NCBI GenBank assembly: GCA_963741945.1 | Contig: CAVUKA010000001.1 | Span: 160,001 to 224,000, forward strand | DNA length: 64,000 bases | Direction: 5' to 3' | Origin: an uncultured Gemmatimonadales bacterium | Lineage (GTDB): Bacteria; Gemmatimonadota; Gemmatimonadetes; Longimicrobiales; RSA9 | In this document: positions 57,998 to 64,000 of the stretch, in pieces | Position numbering within the stretch: position 1 is the first letter of the stretch | How the letters are laid out: each line of letters begins with the position of its first letter | Translations under genes and position numbers: made by a program | The notes under the pieces: model-generated | Told to the model about the DNA's origin: nothing | Databases searched by the model: none | What the model saw: only the letters and a program-made list of their open reading frames with translations

Positions 57998-58559
57998 CAA
58001 TGAACCGGAAGGCCTCCCCTCAGGACGGTTCGTGCTCCGGATCGCGCCGCGGCTGCACGCGCGGCTGCGGCGAGAGGCGGCGGAGGCCGGGATGTCGCTG
58101 AACGAATACTGCGCGCGGAAGCTGAAGGCGTCGGGGCCTGGAGGCGAGGGGCCTGCGTGGGAGGTGGTGGAGGCGACGCGGGACGTGTTCGGCCGGGAGC
58201 TGGTCGGGGTTGTGGCGTACGGTTCGTGGGCGCGAGGGGAAGCGATGGACGCGTCGGACCTGGACGTGCTGCTGGTGTTGGAGCCCGGAGCGGAAGTGAC
58301 GCGGGAGCGGTATCGGTGCTGGGACGCGGCGGCGCCGGCTCGGGAGGGGCGGATGGTGGAAGCCCACATCGTGGCGCTGCCTTCGGAAGTGGAGCGTTTG
58401 ACGGGATTGTGGGCGGAGGTCGCCGTGGACGGCGTGGTGCTGTTCGAGGTCGAGCATCGGCTGTCGCGTTACCTGTCCAAGGTGCGCAGGAGATTGCTGG
58501 AGGGTGAGCTGGTGCGCCGGGAGTCACACGGGCAGCCGTACTGGACGGAGGTGGCGTGA
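57987..58559 (+). CDS. HicB-like RHH domain fused to a minimal nucleotidyltransferase (MNT) antitoxin
   Basis: SGRFVLRIAPRLHARL..EA...GMSLNEY (RHH) and YGSWARGEA...SDLDVL (GS-x10-DxD). Confidence 0.85.
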   Translation: MSDTNEPEGLPSGRFVLRIAPRLHARLRREAAEAGMSLNEYCARKLKASGPGGEGPAWEVVEATRDVFGRELVGVVAYGSWARGEAMDASDLDVLLVLEPGAEVTRERYRCWDAAAPAREGRMVEAHIVALPSEVERLTGLWAEVAVDGVVLFEVEHRLSRYLSKVRRRLLEGELVRRESHGQPYWTEVA

Positions 58560-58969
58560 TGCACAACCCGGATCTGGCGGCGGACTACATCCAACGCGCG
58601 GCGGTCCGTCTGGACGCCGTGGCCGTGCTGTTCGCGGCGGAGAGCTGGGCGGACGTGGTGCGGGAGTCGCAGGAAGTGGTGGAGCTGGCGTTGAAGGCGC
58701 TGCTGCGCTCGTGCGGGATCGAGCCGCCGCGCATCCACGACGTGTCGGAAGTCCTGCTGCGGGAGGCATCGCGTCTGCCGGAGAGAGTGCGGGGGGAGTT
58801 GGAGCGGCTGGTGGCGACGTCGCGTGAGCTGCGGCGGGACCGGGAGCTGGCATTCTACGGCGCGGAGGATCTCACGCCGTCGGGGTTCTACGGGCGGCCC
58901 GACGCCGAGCGGGCGCTGGAGGGGGCGCGGCACACGGTGGCGGTGGTGCGGGATGGGATGCCGGCGTGA
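58559..58969 (+). CDS. HEPN-domain protein
   Basis: SQEVVELALKALL...PPRIHDV...RELAFYG; TGATG-coupled to the MNT gene. Confidence 0.85.
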   Translation: MHNPDLAADYIQRAAVRLDAVAVLFAAESWADVVRESQEVVELALKALLRSCGIEPPRIHDVSEVLLREASRLPERVRGELERLVATSRELRRDRELAFYGAEDLTPSGFYGRPDAERALEGARHTVAVVRDGMPA

Positions 58970-59269
58970 GCGCGGCGGCGCCATCGCCGGTCGATCGCGC
59001 GGGCCAAGCTTTCGATCCCCTTCGCGTCTCGCCCGACAACCGGCGGTTGGTCGCTCATGCCTGTGTGGCCGGGGCGGCGCTGTGTCGAGCCTGAACCGGC
59101 GTCGTACGATACCGGGTCGTTAGGGCGTGGCCTCCACCACCTCACCGGAAGGCGTCGGTGACGTGCCGGCCCTCATCTCCTCCTTCGTGGAGCACACCAC
59201 CCTTTGCCCAACCACCGTCAGGGCGAAATCGAGACCGACATCACGCCCGAGGCCGAATCTGACCGGGAC

Positions 59270-59530
59270 ACCGAGCCGCCCCTGGCCTCGTTCCACTTCG
59301 GAGGATTCTCCACGGGCGCTAAGAAGCCTTCCCATGCCGGCAGCCTCTGGGCCCGGAGGAACGGCGACAGCGACTCCACCTGGCCGCAGACGTGGTCTTC
59401 CGGGTCGACCACCACCGTGGTCACGTCGATCCACTGCCCCAGCGCGGCATCCCAGTGCAGGAGCCGGAGCAGGTTCTGGTCCTGGAAGCTGACGCCCGAG
59501 TAGTCGATGCAGATCTCTTCAACGCCATGA
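59270..59530 (-). pseudogene. Fragment of a secreted/surface protein C-terminal region (start of a PxKF-like domain)
   Basis: ICIDYSGVSF...LRLLHW...WIDVTT...VCGQVESLSPF...GFLAPVENPP.WNEARGGS with no start or completion. Confidence 0.5.
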
Positions 59531-60147
59531 TGAAACAGGACAGCCGGACCGCTGGGAGGGCCCCGACGCGCGCTCAGCCCTCCACACGCAACGCCCCACT
59601 GGCCGTGGCGCTGGCGCTCGCCCTGGCGTGGACGGCCTCGTGCCACGAACCCGAGACGGGCGGCCGGCGGACCGCCACAACCTCGGGCACGGCCGCCTCG
59701 GGCGCGGCAGGGTCAGGCGCGACCACGTCTGGCGTCGACCGGGCCGACAGCGCGGGCGCTTCCGCTTCCAACCGCTCCGGGGACGCGGACTCCGCCGCCG
59801 CCGTCATCCGCCGCTACTACGCCGCCATCGCCGCCGGGCGGTACCGCGAAGCGTACGACCTGTGGGGCGACGGGGGTCGGAACAGCGGGCAGACGTTCGA
59901 TGCGTTCAGCGCGGGTTTCCGACACACCGCCCGGGTGAGCGTGGCCATCGGCGCCCCCGGGCGGGTGGAGGGGGCCGCGGGGTCGCGCTACGTGGAGATC
60001 CCCGTGGTGGTTCGCGCGCTCACGGATTCGGGGGTGCGGCAGCGGTTCGAGGGCACGTACACGCTGCGGCGTGCGGTGATCGAGGGTGCGAGCGCGGCGG
60101 ACCGCCGCTGGCACCTGTATGCCGGCCAGCTGGAGGCAGCGCGCTGA
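59527..60147 (+). CDS. Hypothetical lipoprotein
   Basis: Lipobox TASC; RRYYAAI...EGAAGSRYVEIPV...GTYTLRR. Confidence 0.75.
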   Translation: MMKQDSRTAGRAPTRAQPSTRNAPLAVALALALAWTASCHEPETGGRRTATTSGTAASGAAGSGATTSGVDRADSAGASASNRSGDADSAAAVIRRYYAAIAAGRYREAYDLWGDGGRNSGQTFDAFSAGFRHTARVSVAIGAPGRVEGAAGSRYVEIPVVVRALTDSGVRQRFEGTYTLRRAVIEGASAADRRWHLYAGQLEAAR

Positions 60148-60156
60148 GGTGGAGCG

Positions 60157-60590
60157 TCACCCCCAGGCGTCCAGGAGGCGCCGCACCAGCACGATCTGGC
60201 CGACGTGGTAGGCCGTATGATCCACCACCAGGAGAAGCTCCCGGACGTGAGTCTGCCCGGACCCCCACGGCACGGTGGCGAACAGGTCGAACGCGGGGTC
60301 GAGGACCAGCGCCTTGAACGCGTCCACGTCGGCGCGATACGCAGCGATGCTCTCCTCCCACGCCGCATCGGACGCGGGCACCGGCGAGGCGGGCCACTAG
60401 TCGCCGCGCCAGCTGGGCTCGCGCTAGTCCGAGTCGCGGCAGAAGTCCAGGATGTCGCGCTGGGCCTGGCGGATGTACTCCATCAGCTCCCACACGGGGT
60501 GCGGTGAGCCCCGGGGCCGCTCGTCGCGGAGCGCGGCCGGGAGGTCGGCGACGGCCGAATCGCAGCGCGCGTTCGCTTCCTGCCAGTCTC
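60157..60590 (-). pseudogene. DinB-family protein with two in-frame TAG stops and a lost N-terminus
   Basis: VWELMEYIRQAQRDILDFCRDSD*REPSWRGD*WP...RELLLVVDHTAYHVGQIVLVRR; TAGs at 60424-60426 and 60397-60399. Confidence 0.8.
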
Positions 60591-60904
60591 CGGCACTCGC
60601 CCCTGAGATCGATCTGCTCCGAAAGAGCAGGCCGTAGATATGCTCGCCGCCTTCGGTGATGAGCTCCACATGTCCTGGCTCGCTCCAGAGCTGGAGCGCG
60701 AGGATGCCATGGACGCGCTCCAGGCACTGCGCGATCTCGCTTCATCCGACGAGCTAGTTACAGACGACGGGCTCCGCCATCTGATCGACCGCCTCCACGA
60801 ACGCGGCTGAACCGGGAATGTGGGCGAGACGATCTCCACGGCGGCCCGCGCGGATCGGTTGGTAGATCCCGGACGGGTCCGAAATCCGCTTCTCCGGCGT
60901 CCGG

Positions 60905-61297
60905 TCAGGCGCCTGGCGCGGCTTTGTCGGGGGCGCTGAGCGACAGGACGTAGGCGGCCAGATCGGCGATCTCGGTGTCGGTCAGGGTGGCGCCGCCCAT
61001 GGCTGGCATGGGGGCCGGGTGGCGGACGGGTCTGGGCACGCCGGTCCGGATGAGGGCCTCCACCTGCTCCCGGGTGGGGCGGGCGTCGAAGTGGAGCCAG
61101 GCGTCGTCCGTGAGGTCGGGGGCCAGCGGCGTCCCCTTGCCGTCGGCGCGGTGGCAGGAGAAGCAGGCGCCCTTCCCCTTGAACAGCGCCTGCCCAGCGG
61201 CGGGGTCGGGTTCCTGTCCGCGGGCGGCGGCCGGGAGGATCGCCAGAGCGGCGAGGGTGAAAGCCAGCGCCGGAATCGTGGGGGTCGCGCGTTGCAT
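60905..61297 (-). CDS. Periplasmic monoheme cytochrome c
   Basis: Signal peptide, CFSCH, APDLTD..WLH, distal MPAMGG; GGAG RBS. Confidence 0.9.
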   Translation of the reverse strand: MQRATPTIPALAFTLAALAILPAAARGQEPDPAAGQALFKGKGACFSCHRADGKGTPLAPDLTDDAWLHFDARPTREQVEALIRTGVPRPVRHPAPMPAMGGATLTDTEIADLAAYVLSLSAPDKAAPGA

Positions 61298-61317
61298 GAT
61301 CTCCTCCGTGTCGTCGC

Positions 61318-62535
61318 TCAGAATGCCGAAACGAAGCCGCCCACGAACCGGAAGGCCTCGCGGTCCAGGTCGTACTGAATCTCGCTCGTCAGCCGGAGGT
61401 TGCGGGCCAGCAGGTAGTTTCCGCCGAACGCGGCGGACCGGTACCGCTCCAGCAGTCCCTCCTCGCCCTGGCGCACGGTGAAGATGGGCTCGTCGGCGCT
61501 CACGTGGTTGTAGAGGGCGGTGAAGAACACGCGGCCGCCGGGCCCGGCCGGCCCCCAGATGAGCTCGGCCAGGGCCATGTCCACGCGGGTGTCGGTGGGC
61601 CCGATGGCTCCGAAGAATGGCCGGTCGTCGAGGCGACGCAGGTACTGACCGTTCAGCTCCAGCCCCGGCGCCACCTGGAGCGTCGCGTCCGGACCGAACA
61701 CGCGCATCGTGCTGGTGACGCCGTCGGCCTTCTCGCGGCCGTAGTAGGCGAAGGCGCCGAGCCGGAGCGGTCCGAAGCCCTGGGAGAAGCGGGCGCCGAG
61801 GTTCTTGGCGTTGTCGGTGTCGTACACTTTCGCTTCGCTGGCCGCGCCAATGCCCTGACCGTTCACCACCTGGACGAAGAGGTCGCCTCCGTCCCACGGG
61901 GAGTAGGCCGCCATGAGCCCCCGGTCATAGGTCAGGTCGGCCCGCACGTCACCGACGCGGACCCGGTAGGCCTGGTAGTCCTCGAACTCGAGCCGGAGCT
62001 CCCGCTTGAAGAGCGGGTCCGAGACCTGGAACTGCCCCACCATCAGGTTTACGGGCGAGCCGAACAGGTCGCTGAACTGGACGTACGCGTCCTCCAGCCC
62101 GGCCACCTCACCCCGCTCCGACAGGAAGAAATACATGTAGTAGCTGACGGTGGGGGTGATCTGCCCGCCCGAAAGCAGCTTGATCGCCCACGGCGTCAGG
62201 AAGTCCGCGGTCGGGGTCTCGCCGCCCGACCGCACCTGGGCGTACCCGTCGAAGCGCACGGCCAGCGGGAGGTCGTCCATGAGCTGGAGGAGCTCATCCC
62301 CCGTGTCCACGCCATTCACCGGCTCCTCGCCCACGGCGAACTGGAACCCGTTGGCGGCGAAGTTCTGGCCCGTCTCGTTCAGGCGCGGGACGGGCGCGTG
62401 GCAGACGGCGCAGGACACGTTGTATTTCCGGGCGAACGCGGGGATCGCTTCCGCTTCTCTCGGGGACGCGACCACGAGGAGCAGCAGCACGACCGCGCCG
62501 CTGGCGAGTCCGAGGATGGCCTTCCTTAGCATCAT
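61318..62535 (-). CDS. Cyc2-like cytochrome c-porin fusion
   Basis: Signal AEA|IPAFARKYNVSCAVCHAPVPRL followed by an amphipathic beta-barrel ending in Phe. Confidence 0.78.
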   Translation of the reverse strand: MMLRKAILGLASGAVVLLLLVVASPREAEAIPAFARKYNVSCAVCHAPVPRLNETGQNFAANGFQFAVGEEPVNGVDTGDELLQLMDDLPLAVRFDGYAQVRSGGETPTADFLTPWAIKLLSGGQITPTVSYYMYFFLSERGEVAGLEDAYVQFSDLFGSPVNLMVGQFQVSDPLFKRELRLEFEDYQAYRVRVGDVRADLTYDRGLMAAYSPWDGGDLFVQVVNGQGIGAASEAKVYDTDNAKNLGARFSQGFGPLRLGAFAYYGREKADGVTSTMRVFGPDATLQVAPGLELNGQYLRRLDDRPFFGAIGPTDTRVDMALAELIWGPAGPGGRVFFTALYNHVSADEPIFTVRQGEEGLLERYRSAAFGGNYLLARNLRLTSEIQYDLDREAFRFVGGFVSAF

Positions 62536-62787
62536 GCCTCCAGCCGTAATGGATGTTACCGCTGACGCTAGGCCACGGACGTAGGAAGCACCATCCGACA
62601 GATGTAGGGGTTCGCGCTCGGAGAGCCGTCCGCGGAGGCGAGATCGGCCTTCCGGAACGGCTTTCGGGAGGGGCCGCTTAGGACGAGCCTGGCCACCAGC
62701 TCGTCCCTCCGCGGGCCGCCAAAAGAAAGAACCGCTCCCGCGCCGGGAAAGCGGCGCGGGAGCGGCAGAGGTCCATCGCTGCGGACG

Positions 62788-63275
62788 TCAGGCCATGTCT
62801 TCCTCCCGGCGCCTTCAGCCCACGACGCCCAGCGCCAGCAGTCCGCTGCCGAGGAGCAGCCACGTCGAAGGGTGCAGCCCAGCGGGTCCGTGCACGCGAA
62901 CGCGAAGCTCAGCCCCGATCCCGAGTGGTCCGTGCCGAAAACCAGGTCCAACGTCGACGTCGCCAGCGAGATCTGAGCGTTCACAGCCGCCGCGAACACC
63001 GTTGCATCCAGCCCGTACGTGAATTGGTTCGTCAGCGTCCCGCCCGTCGCGCTCGTAACGGCGGACGCCTGGCCGTACTCGTCGATCCCGGACGAGGCCG
63101 AGTTGAACGCGATCACCGTCACGCCCTTCGCGTTCAGCGCATCGATCGCCTGCGCCTGCGCGGTCGTCGCGGTGTCCGACGGCGCGTCGCCGAACCACAC
63201 AGCCAGCCGCTGCGACCCCGCGCGCCACCCGGCGGTGTTCGCCATCTGCTGCAGCGCGTAGAAGTTCCCCTCCGC
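62788..63275 (-). pseudogene. Remnant of a vWA-domain PEP-CTERM protein
   Basis: EGNFYALQQMA...WRAGSQRLAVWFGDAP (vWA-like), then a frame switch into PSTWLLLGSGLLALGVVG*RRREE. Confidence 0.65.
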
Positions 63276-63621
63276 GGTTGCTGCTGCTCCAACGGGCCTG
63301 ATCGCGCAGGATCCCGAGGGGCCGCCCGTGTGCGGAGTCGAGCCGGAGCGCCCGATGATCCGTAGAGCGAAGCGGGCGCACGTACCGGCAAGCGGAGGCC
63401 GGCTCCCGCCCTTCGCACCTATGCCTGGAGGGCACGGACCGCCAATGCCACCTCACGTGTCGGCGCCCGCCCGTGTGCGGAAACCCGCTCCCGCAGACCG
63501 GCCGTTCTGCACGGAATGGCGCGGATAACTCGAGTTCACGCCTCTGTCGCCCGCGCATTGTGCTATGGGGTGTGCGACGCTCTGGCTGTCTCAGGCGATT
63601 CCCAATCTGAACGAGCCACCG

Positions 63622-63960
63622 TCAGAACGATCCCACCACCTCGACGCTGATTCCCGCCCGCTCCTTCCCCGCAGGCTTCTTCCCCACCTGGATCCGGACG
63701 TCCATGTCGAGCGCGTTCAGGAAGCGCTCGAGGCGCTCCATACTGAAGCGGGCAAGCTTCCCCCGCACCAGATCCGAGACATCGGGCTGAGCAACCCCGA
63801 GCAGGTCAGCGGCTTCGGTCTGCTTCAGGCCGCGCGCTTTCAGCTCCTTCCGAATCGCTCTGGCAAGCTCCGCCTTCGCAAGACGCTCTTCGGCGTCCCG
63901 CAACCCCATGTCGGCGAATACGTTCCCGCTGCTCCCGCGTACTGTAGTCTCCTCGTCCAT
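63622..63960 (-). CDS. XRE-family HTH antitoxin (HigA-like)
   Basis: SSGNVFADMG, GLKQTEAADLLGVAQPDVSDL.RG...FSMERL. Confidence 0.9.
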   Translation of the reverse strand: MDEETTVRGSSGNVFADMGLRDAEERLAKAELARAIRKELKARGLKQTEAADLLGVAQPDVSDLVRGKLARFSMERLERFLNALDMDVRIQVGKKPAGKERAGISVEVVGSF

Positions 63961-63961
63961 C

Positions 63962-64000
63962 TCAACCTCCGAACCGTCGCTTATGGTCTTCGGCGGCGGC
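63962..64000 (-). CDS. 3' end of a probable RelE/HigB-like toxin (partial, runs off the window)
   Basis: ...AAAEDHKRRFGG* ends 1 nt before the antitoxin ATG; toxin identity is inferred from position only. Confidence 0.5.
   Translation of the reverse strand, partial: AAAEDHKRRFGG

Overview
A very GC-rich bacterial window. The gene families present (SusC/SusD pair, ADOP-type ABC permease, Ser/Thr kinase with PD40 repeats, PEP-CTERM remnant, several small membrane proteins) suggest a Gemmatimonadota-like genome; this is an inference. From left to right it holds: a stress and carbohydrate block (MscS-like channel, OmpA, USP, mntH, gap, a beta-PGM/trehalose-phosphatase fusion, a SatP-like channel) interspersed with deleted gene remnants; a YncD-like TonB receptor; an eight-gene complex I-like operon; glgC-glgA(glgM); susCD; an S9 peptidase; ABC and RND transporters; an MNT-HEPN toxin-antitoxin pair; a Cyc2-like cytochrome-porin with a partner cytochrome c; and two copies of an XRE antitoxin (one broken). 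The best candidate for an undescribed system is the complex I-like operon at 15542-23678. It has NuoA/H/J/K/L/M/N plus one compact NuoB-NuoD fusion that has lost all four Fe-S cysteines and the quinone-site histidines. NuoC, NuoI and NuoEFG are absent from the window, and the small membrane subunits are very Met-rich. No rRNA, tRNA, CRISPR array, transposase or integrase was recognised. All family assignments come from motifs recognised by eye, not from database searches.
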